From NCBI GenBank assembly GCA_038064595.1, contig JBBTSV010000003.1, forward strand, positions 41,150 to 105,149: 64,000 bases of DNA, in the 5' to 3' direction. Position 1 is the first letter of the stretch, and every line of letters begins with the position of its first letter. Made by a program: the position numbers and the translations under genes. Source of the DNA: Patescibacteria group bacterium (GTDB taxonomy: Bacteria; Patescibacteriota; Minisyncoccia; Phycocordibacterales; Phycocordibacteraceae). Shown piece after piece: positions 18,470 to 28,509 of the stretch. The notes beneath the pieces were generated by a model that worked only from the letters and a program-made list of their open reading frames with translations, was not told the DNA's origin and did not search any database.

Positions 18470-19944
18470 CGCTGTGTCGGTTGTACCCAACGGTGTTTTT
18501 TGCCGCGCACCGTCTGGATCTCGCCGTAGGGGACGAGAGTGAGATGTGGTTGCGCACGCTTCCCGACAGCTGAGCAGAGCTTTGCGTACTCACTGTTCAC
18601 CACCCTGATGTTTTTAGCGATCTCATCGGTTAGCGCAAGACGGAGCGCACTGGTTGGACGCGTCCCAGGCGATAGCTCGATGATAATTTTGAAACGCTGG
18701 TCCATTTGTTTCGTGTGAACGACACTCATAGTGAAGAGTCCGGACACCCGTGCGTAATAGCGTGAGTGCTCGAGTGCGTACTTTACATTTTCATTATAAA
18801 TAATCAGCGCGTAGAGTGATATGGAAAGATCTTTTCGACCATAGAGATACACAAAAGGGAGTCGCCACTCGGTAAGGGGGACAGCATGTTCGCGCGCGAG
18901 AGTAAGAAGGTGATCGTGTATTGAGGCGGGTAATGTGTTCTGCCACAAGACCCCGCCATTATCACGGGTGCTATAGCGAATGAGGGGGAGGCCGGCATTG
19001 GCGGTGAGGACGAGTGAGTCGCGATCCACCACTTCAAAATATCGTGCGCGTGGGTAGAACTGATAGAGCCCCGTTACCCGCGTGGCCGCAGGGAGCTCGG
19101 GGGAGGTGAGGGAAGAAAGGGAGCGACGAACAAGTTGTGAAAGCGGCGTCTCGTGCGCGACCACCCCCGACTCGGCCATCCCGTAAATGTTGGCAGTGAG
19201 GGTGAGGTCGTTTGGGTTCTTGCCAATCATTTTGAGCACCCACGACCGCCACGTCTCACTCACCGCTTCGCCGGCAAAGAGGAGGCGGACATCAAGCTGG
19301 TCCCAGTCGATACCGCACTCAATTCCGTACTCGAGAATGTCTTTGATAAAAGGGGGATATCCGGCAAGAATAATGCGTGAGAAAAGCGGAGAAAGTTTCT
19401 TAATCTGGCGCACGGTCTCGTGCTTATCAATACCAGGTGTGATGATGGTGAGCGGGGTGCCGTGTTCGGCAGACCAGCGTGCCGCGTTAAAGAACTCGAT
19501 TCCGGCAATCCAGGTGCCGAGTGAGAATGAATTCACAAAGAGTGTTGGCCCTGTCTGTGCGTCAAATATGCGGGTATACAAATGCTGGGCTTTTTGTCCC
19601 ACCACACGATCCTGTTCTTCGCCCCGTGGCCAAAAGAAAGGAATACCTGTTGAACCCGAGCTGGTTGAAATGTACTTTGAGCGCTCGAGAGAGCCGTCCC
19701 AACTGAGTTCAGCGAGATTATAGGCCGAGAAGTAATGTGGCTTGTCGGTGAGGGGGACGTGTGCGAAGTCTTCTTCAGTTTCAATACTACTCGGGCGCAC
19801 GCGTGCCTTCTTTAAAAAATCTTTATACGCAGGAACCCGCTCCGCCGCTTCACGAAAGAGGCGGAGCGCCCGCGTGAATGCACGTCGTCGGGAGTTGAGG
19901 GTCGTTGAGGAGGGGTCGAGATCCTCTATACGAGGGGGAGTCAT
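18466..19944 (-). CDS. Phenylacetate-CoA ligase (PaaK)-like adenylate-forming enzyme
   Basis: VPAYKDFL, TSSGSTG.P, GYPPF, YGMAE, PLIRY..RD, GRKD; start taken at MTPPR. Confidence 0.85.
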   Translation of the reverse strand: MTPPRIEDLDPSSTTLNSRRRAFTRALRLFREAAERVPAYKDFLKKARVRPSSIETEEDFAHVPLTDKPHYFSAYNLAELSWDGSLERSKYISTSSGSTGIPFFWPRGEEQDRVVGQKAQHLYTRIFDAQTGPTLFVNSFSLGTWIAGIEFFNAARWSAEHGTPLTIITPGIDKHETVRQIKKLSPLFSRIILAGYPPFIKDILEYGIECGIDWDQLDVRLLFAGEAVSETWRSWVLKMIGKNPNDLTLTANIYGMAESGVVAHETPLSQLVRRSLSSLTSPELPAATRVTGLYQFYPRARYFEVVDRDSLVLTANAGLPLIRYSTRDNGGVLWQNTLPASIHDHLLTLAREHAVPLTEWRLPFVYLYGRKDLSISLYALIIYNENVKYALEHSRYYARVSGLFTMSVVHTKQMDQRFKIIIELSPGTRPTSALRLALTDEIAKNIRVVNSEYAKLCSAVGKRAQPHLTLVPYGEIQTVRGKKHRWVQPTQR

Positions 19945-19984
19945 GGGTCGCAGGTAGTATACTATATGTATCACACGTTTTTCT

Positions 19985-21076
19985 ATGACGGACTTCTCAA
20001 CACCAACATCTAGAGCTACGCCAACGCAAGCAGAAATCACGGAGTGGCTCACCCGTGCGGTCCAGGCCCCCTCGGGCGATAACTCGCAGCCCTGGCGATT
20101 TCGATTTGAGGGAGACACGCTTTTTCTACTCAACCATGCCGAGGCGGACGCCACACAATATAATTTCAGACAACGCGGTTCACTCTTCGCGCACGGGGCA
20201 CTGATTGAAAACCTCTCACTCATAGCAGCTGAACAGGGGTATCAACTCGAATGTGCACTCTTCCCGCCGGTGCAGGGAGCGACTGCACGGCTCACGTTCG
20301 TACCCACCATACCAGTCTCCTCACCGCTTTTGGCCGCACTCCCAATACGTTCCACCAATCGGAAGCCATACGGGTCGCGCCCATTGACGACCGATGATCG
20401 GCGCACGCTTACCGAGGCCGTTGCTACCATACCCACAGTAAGAGTCCAGTTTGTTGGAGAGGCTACAGAGCGAGATCGACTCGCGCAGACATTGAGCGCC
20501 AATGAACAGCTGATCATGGAAAATCAAACACTCCACGACTTTCTCTTCAGCATCATTCGTTGGTCACCAGACGAAGAGAGGGCTGCACCCGGGCTCTCGG
20601 TCAAAACAATGGAACTCCCGCCGCCCGTGTATGTCTTGTTCCGTTTCGTGCTCAACTCATGGAGACGCGTGCAATTTCTCAATCGCTTTGGTTTCTCGAA
20701 GTTCATAAGGACCCAAATCACCACGGCGTATCGCGCTTCAGCAGCATTCGGAGCGATCGTTGTGCCTCACGACACAGATACAGATTTTGTTATCGCAGGA
20801 CGTGCGTTTGAGCGCCTCTGGTTGGCCGCGACACTCCGCGGCATCAGCCTACAGCCAACGGCGGCATTGCCGTACCTTGCGGCACGTGTCGCTCAAGGGG
20901 CAGCAGCTGCCTTTTCGCTTGATCAGCAACGTACGATACAGGAAGCATATAGCGCAATTGCCGCTACCTTTGAGGTGAGTGAGCACGAGACGATTCCGAT
21001 GTTATTTCGCTTGGGATATGGTGACCCTCCATCAGGCATTTCACATAAAGAAGTGCCCATCATCCTCGGCGCGTAA
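19985..21076 (+). CDS. Nitroreductase-like flavoprotein (Acg/Rv1355c C-terminal-like)
   Basis: APSGDNSQPWRF, RSTNRKPY, GRAFERLWL.AT..G, FRLGY. Confidence 0.85.
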   Translation: MTDFSTPTSRATPTQAEITEWLTRAVQAPSGDNSQPWRFRFEGDTLFLLNHAEADATQYNFRQRGSLFAHGALIENLSLIAAEQGYQLECALFPPVQGATARLTFVPTIPVSSPLLAALPIRSTNRKPYGSRPLTTDDRRTLTEAVATIPTVRVQFVGEATERDRLAQTLSANEQLIMENQTLHDFLFSIIRWSPDEERAAPGLSVKTMELPPPVYVLFRFVLNSWRRVQFLNRFGFSKFIRTQITTAYRASAAFGAIVVPHDTDTDFVIAGRAFERLWLAATLRGISLQPTAALPYLAARVAQGAAAAFSLDQQRTIQEAYSAIAATFEVSEHETIPMLFRLGYGDPPSGISHKEVPIILGA

Positions 21077-21084
21077 ATACAGTC

Positions 21085-22713
21085 ATGGACATTCTCACCA
21101 CCCTCATCTACAGCCCTTCGCTCGACAGCATTATGCTGGTGGTGGCAGCGGTGGCCGACATCTTTCTTGCGGGCGCGGTACTCATGAGTAATCCGCGCAG
21201 CGCGACAAACCGCATCTTTTCGCTCCTTACCCTCTTCACAATGCTGTGGCTAGTCACCACCTATATCGTACGCCTTCCAGACTTTCTCCTCGTCTCGCTT
21301 GAACTGCACCGGTTTGGTATTTTTTGTGCCGCGGCGATGAGCGGACTCTTCTTCCTCTTGGCGCACACGATGCCTGCCTCTACGATCCAGCTCAAGCGCT
21401 CAACGTACGTGGTGGTGATTGGGTCAATCCTCCTCATGATGGGCGTCAATCTCTCGCCATATGCATTTACTGGAATCTTGATTGCGAATGGCACCAGTTC
21501 GCCGCTTCCAGGACCGGGCCTGGTAGTGTTTAGCATTCTCTCGACGCTCTACAGCGCGCTCACGGTCTATTGGTTGTTGCGCAAGTACAAACACTCAACT
21601 GGAGATGTGCGGCGCCAGTTCGGACTCGTGCTCTCGGGTATTGTGATCATGCTGGCACTTATTATTGGGACGATTCTCATCCCAATCATCATCTTCAATT
21701 CAATACAGTTCCTTACTTTCACGCCACTCTACACCCTGGTGTTTCTCGGGATGACTGCCTACGCGATAACGAAGTATCAACTTTTCAATATCAAAGTTTT
21801 GCTCACTCAAGCGTTGACGCTGGTGCTCTGTCTCATCCTCTTTGCGCGCATCTTTGGAGAAGAGAGTGTCAACGGACAGGTTATTGATGGAGTCGTACTG
21901 GTGTGTATGGCAGTTTTCGGCTATTTCTTGGTACAGAGCGTAAAAAAGGAAGTGCAGCAACGCGAGCGGATCCAGCTTCTGGCGAGCGAGCTCGAGAAAT
22001 CAAATGAACAACTTTCTGAGTTTATGTCGCTCGCGACCCACGAGATCCGCAATCCGGCCACCTTTATTAAGGGCTATGCCGCAGGGGCGCTCGAGGGCGA
22101 TCTCGGCGAGCTCACTCCTATTATTAAAGATGGAATGCAGAAGTTGTATGTGCGCGCAAACGACATCATTCACCTCGGCAATCAGTATCTCGATAAGTCA
22201 AAGCTTGAGCTCAACCAGCTTAAATACGAGTTCGCCCCACTCGATGTGCGCAAACTCATTGAAGATTTGGTGCATGAGTTTGAGCCCGCGGCTATTCAGC
22301 AGGGGATTACACTCTCTGCTAAAACAGACTCGGCGGGAACGTATACTATCGAAGCCGATGCCGGGAAGATTAAAGAGGTGGTCGCCAATCTGATCGATAA
22401 TTCAATCAAATATACTCCCAAGGGGTCGGTGACGGTGACACTCTCCCAGAAGAGCTCGGTCGTGAGGGTGGAGATCGCCGATACGGGTGTCGGCATCTCC
22501 GACGACGTGATCCCCAAACTCTTCAAGAAGTTCTCTCGCGCAGATGCACAGAAGGCAAATATTCTCGGCACCGGACTTGGCCTGTATATCGCTAAAGTCT
22601 TCATCGATGCGCACCACGGGAGCGTGCGCGTCGAGTCGACAGGCAAAGACAAGGGTTCGACTTTCATAGTTGAGTTGCCGATCACGCAACCGACTGGCGT
22701 GCCTGTTCGCTAG
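21085..22713 (+). CDS. Sensor histidine kinase with multi-TM (7TM-like) input domain
   Basis: About 8-9 TM helices; THEIRNP H-box, NLIDNSIKY, DTGVG, GTGLGL. Confidence 0.92.
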   Translation: MDILTTLIYSPSLDSIMLVVAAVADIFLAGAVLMSNPRSATNRIFSLLTLFTMLWLVTTYIVRLPDFLLVSLELHRFGIFCAAAMSGLFFLLAHTMPASTIQLKRSTYVVVIGSILLMMGVNLSPYAFTGILIANGTSSPLPGPGLVVFSILSTLYSALTVYWLLRKYKHSTGDVRRQFGLVLSGIVIMLALIIGTILIPIIIFNSIQFLTFTPLYTLVFLGMTAYAITKYQLFNIKVLLTQALTLVLCLILFARIFGEESVNGQVIDGVVLVCMAVFGYFLVQSVKKEVQQRERIQLLASELEKSNEQLSEFMSLATHEIRNPATFIKGYAAGALEGDLGELTPIIKDGMQKLYVRANDIIHLGNQYLDKSKLELNQLKYEFAPLDVRKLIEDLVHEFEPAAIQQGITLSAKTDSAGTYTIEADAGKIKEVVANLIDNSIKYTPKGSVTVTLSQKSSVVRVEIADTGVGISDDVIPKLFKKFSRADAQKANILGTGLGLYIAKVFIDAHHGSVRVESTGKDKGSTFIVELPITQPTGVPVR

Positions 22714-22746
22714 CCGCCACAGAGAAGTCTGGTATGCTGAAACTTT

Positions 22747-22833
22747 GCCGTGGTGGCGAAATTGGTAGACGCGCTAGCTTCAGGAGCTAGTTCTCGCAAG
22801 GGATTGGGGGTTCGAGTCCCCCTCACGGCACCA
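22747..22833 (+). tRNA. tRNA-Leu(CAG)
   Basis: CTAGC TT-CAG-GA GCTAG, variable arm, CCA encoded. Confidence 0.95.
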
Positions 22834-22834
22834 G

Positions 22835-22907
22835 GCACCCTTAGCTCAGTTGGTAGAGCAACTCATTTACACTGAGAAGGTCGGGGGTTCGAGTCCCTCA
22901 GGGTGCA
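22835..22907 (+). tRNA. tRNA-Val(TAC)
   Basis: GCACCCT...TT-TAC-AC...GGTTCGAGTCC...AGGGTGCA. Confidence 0.93.
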
Positions 22908-22946
22908 CTTGAAACTAATATATATGGTATACCAGTTGATACGTAT

Positions 22947-23642
22947 ATGAACGAATCCTCGGGATCTACGTCAGCACCCTTGTGTGTCGGCATCATTATG
23001 GACGGCAATCGCCGCTGGGCGAGGGAGCGCGGGCTCCCGAGCTTTGAGGGACATCGTGTCGGAAGCGAGGTGCTCCGTACGATTGTAAAATCTCTTCACG
23101 GGAAGAACGTTGCCCACCTCATCCTGTATACATTCTCCACCGAGAATTGGGATCGAGAGCCCAAAGAGGTGGCATATCTCATGGATTTATTCCGCGAGTT
23201 TCTCGGGAAGCATATGGAGGAACTGAAAAAAGAGAATCTCCGTATACGCTTCGTGGGACAGCTCGCGCGCTTTCCTGACGATATACAAGCGCGCATGCGT
23301 GAGGTCGAGCACGATACGAGTGAGAAAGACGGCGGCACGTTGTGGCTCGGTATGTCCTACGGGGGGAGGGCAGAAATAGTGGCGGCCGCGCGTAGCGCGG
23401 CGGAGGCGGGAGAAGAAATTACCGAGGAGTCACTCGCACGGCATATGTGGACGGCGGGCATGCCTGACCCTGATCTCATCATCCGCACCAGTGGCGAGCA
23501 GCGCCTCTCCGGCTTTCTCACGTGGCAAGGGGTCTATAGCGAGCTCTTTTTTACCAAGACGAAATGGCCCGACTTCTCTCCTGAAGAGTTTGATGCAATT
23601 CTTGCAGAATACGCACAACGCGAGCGTCGGCGCGGAAAATGA
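22947..23642 (+). CDS. uppS: Undecaprenyl diphosphate synthase
   Basis: IIMDGNRRWA, FSTENW, PDLIIRTSGEQRLSGFL.WQ. Confidence 0.96.
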   Translation: MNESSGSTSAPLCVGIIMDGNRRWARERGLPSFEGHRVGSEVLRTIVKSLHGKNVAHLILYTFSTENWDREPKEVAYLMDLFREFLGKHMEELKKENLRIRFVGQLARFPDDIQARMREVEHDTSEKDGGTLWLGMSYGGRAEIVAAARSAAEAGEEITEESLARHMWTAGMPDPDLIIRTSGEQRLSGFLTWQGVYSELFFTKTKWPDFSPEEFDAILAEYAQRERRRGK

Positions 23643-24310
23643 CTCTCCCCATTCTCTATGAAGATAGTGATGTCGTCGCGGTGAATAAGCCCTCGGGGCT
23701 GGTGACGCATGATGACGGTCGCACCAAGGAGCCAACCGCGGAGGACTGGTTTAAGGAGACATATCCAGAATCGACCGGAGGATATGTACACCGGCTCGAT
23801 CGCGATACGTCGGGCGTACTCGTGTTTGCTAAAAATAGCACCGCATATGAATATCTGCGCAAAGCTTTTCACGATCACACCGTTGTCAAGACGTACCTCG
23901 CGATAGTCTATGGCGTGCCGAAGGAGAGAAGGGGTGTCATTGATTTTGATATTGGTCGCTCACGCAAGGACTTCAGGCTCCGGAGCGCACAACCGAAGGC
24001 AAAGGGGCGACTCCGTGAGGCGCTCACGCGCTATGAAGTGATCGGTGAGATCCCCGGTTACGCACTTCTTAAGGTGATGCCCGAGACGGGGCGCACCCAC
24101 CAGATCCGGGTACATCTAAAGGCGATCCACCACCCGATTGCTGCTGACCCGCTCTACGCACCAAACCACCCGAAGGGGCTTGGGCTCACCCGGATCGCAC
24201 TCCATGCCGCAGAGATTGACCTACCGCTCCCCTCGGGGGAACGGGCACATATCACCGCCCCGACCCCCTCAGATCTTGAGGCAGCATTTGCCCAGTTTCT
24301 TCCCGCGTGA
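23639..24310 (+). CDS. RluA-family pseudouridine synthase
   Basis: NKPSGL, VHRLDRDTSG, TGRTHQIRVH. Confidence 0.95.
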   Translation: MTLPILYEDSDVVAVNKPSGLVTHDDGRTKEPTAEDWFKETYPESTGGYVHRLDRDTSGVLVFAKNSTAYEYLRKAFHDHTVVKTYLAIVYGVPKERRGVIDFDIGRSRKDFRLRSAQPKAKGRLREALTRYEVIGEIPGYALLKVMPETGRTHQIRVHLKAIHHPIAADPLYAPNHPKGLGLTRIALHAAEIDLPLPSGERAHITAPTPSDLEAAFAQFLPA

Positions 24311-24325
24311 TAGAGTGCGACCCAC

Positions 24326-24820
24326 ATGCACAAGGTGATTACTCCCGTGAACGCTGAGGGGCGCGCGAAGCTTGGGCTTCGCGCGGGCGACACGGTGCGC
24401 GTGGTCCAGAACATCGTTGAGCTCAAGAAAGGTCGCGGTACCGACAAGAAGGAGAAGACGACCAAGAATGCGCGCAAGCAGACCTTTGAGGGCCTGGTGC
24501 TCTCAACCAAGCATGGTAGGGAGGCGGGCGGGATGTTCACGGTGCGCGCGACTCTCTCGGGGGTCGGGGTCGAGAAGACCTTCCCGCTCTACTCGCCGGT
24601 CATCGACTCGATCGAGATCGTGAAGCGTTCCCGCGTCCGCCGCGCCAAGCTCTACTTTATCCGTGAGAAGGCAGCAAAGGCGGTCCGTCGCCAGCTGCGC
24701 AACGCGCGCATGATGCACCTCAAGAGCGACGAGACGATCCCTGTTGAGGTTGTCGCAGACGATGTGGTGGTGGATGCTACCGCAGTTGAAGTAGCGGCAG
24801 AGGAAGTGGTCGCTGCGTAG
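24326..24820 (+). CDS. rplS: 50S ribosomal protein L19
   Basis: GDTVRV, QTFEG, GVEKTFPLYSP, VRRAKLYFIR. Confidence 0.95.
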   Translation: MHKVITPVNAEGRAKLGLRAGDTVRVVQNIVELKKGRGTDKKEKTTKNARKQTFEGLVLSTKHGREAGGMFTVRATLSGVGVEKTFPLYSPVIDSIEIVKRSRVRRAKLYFIREKAAKAVRRQLRNARMMHLKSDETIPVEVVADDVVVDATAVEVAAEEVVAA

Positions 24821-24831
24821 TTTTCATACCG

Positions 24832-24869
24832 ACAAAATCCGAGCCCACGTATGCTCGGATTTTGTTTTT
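24832..24869 (+). terminator. Intrinsic terminator
   Basis: acaaaatccgagc / gctcggattttgt arms followed by a T tract. Confidence 0.8.
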
Positions 24870-24916
24870 CCACAATTGGTATACGCTACTACCTTGAGCT
24901 AGAGTATACTGGGTGC

Positions 24917-25606
24917 ATGGGGAAGAGTGGTCCAAAGCCGAAAGGGAAAGTGAAAATTACGTGGTCTGCGAACTTTGCCTATGCCCTTGGATTGATCGCC
25001 TCCGATGGCTGTCTTGCTGGAGGACGACATATCGTTCTGGTATCGAAAGACACCGAGCAGCTTGAAAACTTTATGAAGGCTCTCGCGATTACCGTCCCTA
25101 TAGGAAAGACAGCATCCGGTTACAATGGGAATATCGCATCTAAAGTCCAGTTCAGTGATGTCCTGTTCTATAATTTTCTGGAAACAATTGGTCTGATGCC
25201 TCGTAAGTCAAAAATTATTGGAGAGATACAAATTCCAGCTAAGTACTTCTTTGATTTCTTACGCGGCTCTTTTGATGGTGATGGATGCACCTACTCCTAC
25301 TGGGATCCGCGCTGGAAGTCGAGCTTTATGTTCTACACTACCTTCGTCTCCGCGAGCTACAAACACATCGAGTGGCTCCGCGACGAGATTCATGCGCAGT
25401 TAGGTATTCGTGGACACCTGACGGGGGATGGAAAAAGAGTTATCTTTCAGCTCAAATACGCCAAGGCAGACTCACTGAAACTATTGCGTAAAATGTATTA
25501 CTCAAAAAAGGTGCTCTGCCTTTCTCGCAAACGATTGAAAATTGAGAAGATGTTAGGTATAGTGGGTGAGTTGCTAGTGAAAAAGAGCAAGAAATTGACA
25601 AGATAA
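24917..25606 (+). CDS. Free-standing double LAGLIDADG endonuclease-like protein
   Basis: YALGLIASDG and FLRGSFDGDG; TATACT-N6-ATG start; stop codon ends 1 nt before tRNA-Leu. Confidence 0.85.
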   Translation: MGKSGPKPKGKVKITWSANFAYALGLIASDGCLAGGRHIVLVSKDTEQLENFMKALAITVPIGKTASGYNGNIASKVQFSDVLFYNFLETIGLMPRKSKIIGEIQIPAKYFFDFLRGSFDGDGCTYSYWDPRWKSSFMFYTTFVSASYKHIEWLRDEIHAQLGIRGHLTGDGKRVIFQLKYAKADSLKLLRKMYYSKKVLCLSRKRLKIEKMLGIVGELLVKKSKKLTR

Positions 25607-25607
25607 T

Positions 25608-25689
25608 GCCCAGGTGGAGAAATTGGTAGACTTACCGCCTTGAGGTGGCGGCGCCGTAAGGCATGGAGGTTCGAATCCTCTCCTGGGCA
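25608..25689 (+). tRNA. tRNA-Leu(GAG)
   Basis: CCGCC TT-GAG-GT GGCGG, variable arm. Confidence 0.93.
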
Positions 25690-25820
25690 CACAAACACAA
25701 AGCCAAAAAATTCCCCAAACAAGGAATCCTTTACAAAGCATCAACATCGGCCACCAGGCAACTGGTGGCCCGACCTCTTTATTTTTATAAAAAAGAGCAG
25801 CAGTACGGTACACTTTACCC

Positions 25821-26351
25821 ATGCTCTACACCCGCAAAGGAGATACCGGGACGACGACCGCATTTGGCTGTAATCAGCAGCGGATCTCTAAGTCGTCAGA
25901 ACTTCCCGAGGCGCTCGGCTCTCTCGACGAGCTCAATGCGTTCATTGGCTTCGTGAAGATGAAGAGCAGCGAGCCGCGGATCGCCACCACGCTGCGCGAT
26001 GTGCAAGAAAAACTTTTCATCATCCAGGCCGAGACGGCGGGAGCGCAGAAGAAGACAGAGGAGGGGAGTGTGCTCGCTCTCGAGGAGCTGGTGAATGCGA
26101 TTGAGAAAGAGATTCCGCCACTGAAGGGCTTCTCGATAGCGGGCGGGACCGAGCTCTCAGCGATGCTCGACGTGGCGCGAACGCTCGCGCGCCGCGCTGA
26201 GCGCCGCCTCACGGCGGTGAACGAGCTCAAGATCCGCGAGCTCTCTCCGGAGACGCTTGCGTATATGAACCGCCTCTCCTCGCTCCTCTTCGCGCTCGCG
26301 CGGCTCGCCAACCACCTCGCGGGCGTCCCCGAGGAGAACCCGAAATATTAA
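25821..26351 (+). CDS. PduO-type cob(I)alamin adenosyltransferase
   Basis: YTRKGDTGTT, GSLDELN, RTLARRAER, NRLSSLLF. Confidence 0.9.
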   Translation: MLYTRKGDTGTTTAFGCNQQRISKSSELPEALGSLDELNAFIGFVKMKSSEPRIATTLRDVQEKLFIIQAETAGAQKKTEEGSVLALEELVNAIEKEIPPLKGFSIAGGTELSAMLDVARTLARRAERRLTAVNELKIRELSPETLAYMNRLSSLLFALARLANHLAGVPEENPKY

Positions 26352-26402
26352 AGTTGCTTCAAAGCCTTCGTTTTAAACTCGATTTTATGTCATACTTTGC
26401 TC

Positions 26403-28487
26403 ATGAATCGCTCCGAGAGCTATGCCGCCGTTAAGCCCTCTAAACCTAACGATCTTGAGGCTAAACCAGGTATCGTTGACGACCAGGAACAGATTCTTGC
26501 AGGATTTTCTCCCGAAGAGCGAAAGATCATCCGCGAAAGAATGCGTCTCCTCTCGCTCATTCCAAATCACATTGGTAAAGACTTCGAGATGGCAGTCGAG
26601 CTGAATACATCGGGCGAAGGATGGCACTGGAACTTCGCTATCAACCACGTCCGTGTTGACCCGAAAGATCTGCTCGAAAAACCCCTCGACTGGTGCCGCC
26701 AAACAATGGTGCATGAGGGTGGTCATCGACGCGTGTCACGTGTTGATTTCATTCCGAAAGATATTTGGGAACAGCCGGGTTTTTCTTCGATGATGAACGC
26801 GATCGAGGATCCACGCATGGAGAACTTCATTTCTGAAGCGTATCCTCCATATCGCAAGCTCCAGAAGACAGCGTACGAGCACGATCTTGAGTCAGAAAAA
26901 CGCATGAAAGAATCCGCCGATGGAAAGCTTGGGCGACAGCCACGCTTCATGCAAGCTGGATTTGAATATATCAAGCAATGGTTCAAGCAGACCCAAGGTA
27001 AGCCATTCGAGCTCTCCGCAGATTTGCCCGACGACGTACGAGTGGTCGTTAATAAAACTCTCAAGGCAGCCGAGGATTCGTGGCTCCGTTATCCGACCAG
27101 AAACGAGGCTGACAAAAGCGAGGAGGTCATTAAAGCGTATGCGGAAAAATCATACGAAATCAATCGTGATCGAGTGTGGCCAGACTTTAAGAAGCTTGTC
27201 GAACAAGATATTAAGGATCAAGAAATTCCGGAGTTCCTTAAAGACCTTATGCAAGGAAAGGGCGAAGGAAAACCAGAGGCAGGACAAGGAGAAGGACAGA
27301 GTGAAGGCCTTTCGCCACAGGACATCCAAGATATTAAAGATGCAGTTAAAGCGGCACTTGGCGAAAAGGGTGAAGGCAAGCCCATACCTCCTGGCGCGTT
27401 GTCGGAAGAACTTAAACAGAAAATCCAAGCCGCGTTTGACGCGCTCCCCGAGGATAAAAAGCGCGAGATTATGGAAGCGGCACGCGCTGAAATAAAGGAA
27501 TTGGCAGACGAGTTCGCCGCTCAATTTGAGGGTGAATATATTAAAGCCGGAGAACCACAGGGCGAACCAGAATCGGGGACGCTCGAATCCGAAGGTCGTG
27601 CATGGAGCGAGGCGGAGCGAGCGGCTGATGACACGCGACACGAGATGCGGCGGCGCATGGAAGAGTCACTTGGGCGTAGCGAAGGCGATCCATATCGAGA
27701 GGCACTTACAGAAATGGCCTCATACATCGATGCTCTCACTGGTGATCTGCGTGATGTGTTGGTGAAGCGCAAAATGACCACGACGGAGGCAGGGTATCGT
27801 TCAGGAAGGCGCTGGAATATTCGTACCCGCATTAAAGAGCGTATTGCGGATATCCCGCTTATCAAAACCCAGAGTCGAGAACAGCCAGAATCATCTAGCG
27901 AAGAAACCGACTACGCGGTCCTACTTCAAATCGATCTCTCCGGTTCGATGAGCCGTGGTAACAAAATCGAAGAGGCGTTTAAAGCGATTGTGCTATTGAG
28001 CGAAACATTGAACAATCTCAATATCCACTTCGAGATTGATGGCTTCCAAGACCTCCTTCTCGAATTCAAACGTTTCGAGGAACAGCTCGATGAATCGATG
28101 CGGCTTAAACTGAATCAATTGTTGCTTGAAGTTGAAAATGAAAATCCAGATGGACACAATAACGCGGGTGATAACGACGATGGTGCCTGCCTACGAGAAG
28201 CATCACAGCATCTGGCTAACCAAACAGCACGGGAGAAGATTTTGATCGTCCTCTCCGATGGCCAACCCGCCATGGATTCAGGGCGCAAGAGTCAGGGACA
28301 GCTCGATCGAGAACTCAAGGCGGTTATCCGTGAGATTCGTGAGAATACTGACCAAAAACTCATCGGCATAGGCATCAATTCGAGTGCTGTTTCTAGCTAT
28401 TACGAAAACAATCTCCCGAATGTCGATGCGAAAGAGCTTGCCGAAACCCTCGGTGAGTTACTGCGTAGCGTGATTGAACGCAACTGA
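26403..28487 (+). CDS. HExxH (zincin-like) + VWA domain protein, CobT/NorD-like MoxR partner
   Basis: HEGGH...NAIEDPRME; G/E-rich linker; MIDAS DLSGSM, VLSDGQP, IGIGI. Confidence 0.85.
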   Translation: MNRSESYAAVKPSKPNDLEAKPGIVDDQEQILAGFSPEERKIIRERMRLLSLIPNHIGKDFEMAVELNTSGEGWHWNFAINHVRVDPKDLLEKPLDWCRQTMVHEGGHRRVSRVDFIPKDIWEQPGFSSMMNAIEDPRMENFISEAYPPYRKLQKTAYEHDLESEKRMKESADGKLGRQPRFMQAGFEYIKQWFKQTQGKPFELSADLPDDVRVVVNKTLKAAEDSWLRYPTRNEADKSEEVIKAYAEKSYEINRDRVWPDFKKLVEQDIKDQEIPEFLKDLMQGKGEGKPEAGQGEGQSEGLSPQDIQDIKDAVKAALGEKGEGKPIPPGALSEELKQKIQAAFDALPEDKKREIMEAARAEIKELADEFAAQFEGEYIKAGEPQGEPESGTLESEGRAWSEAERAADDTRHEMRRRMEESLGRSEGDPYREALTEMASYIDALTGDLRDVLVKRKMTTTEAGYRSGRRWNIRTRIKERIADIPLIKTQSREQPESSSEETDYAVLLQIDLSGSMSRGNKIEEAFKAIVLLSETLNNLNIHFEIDGFQDLLLEFKRFEEQLDESMRLKLNQLLLEVENENPDGHNNAGDNDDGACLREASQHLANQTAREKILIVLSDGQPAMDSGRKSQGQLDRELKAVIREIRENTDQKLIGIGINSSAVSSYYENNLPNVDAKELAETLGELLRSVIERN

Positions 28488-28509
28488 CACACCCTGATAT
28501 ACTTCTCTC

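Noticed and set aside
9142-25689. Group I introns in tRNAs hosting the LAGLIDADG genes
   Set aside because: Both tRNAs are contiguous and complete, and the ORFs lie outside them.
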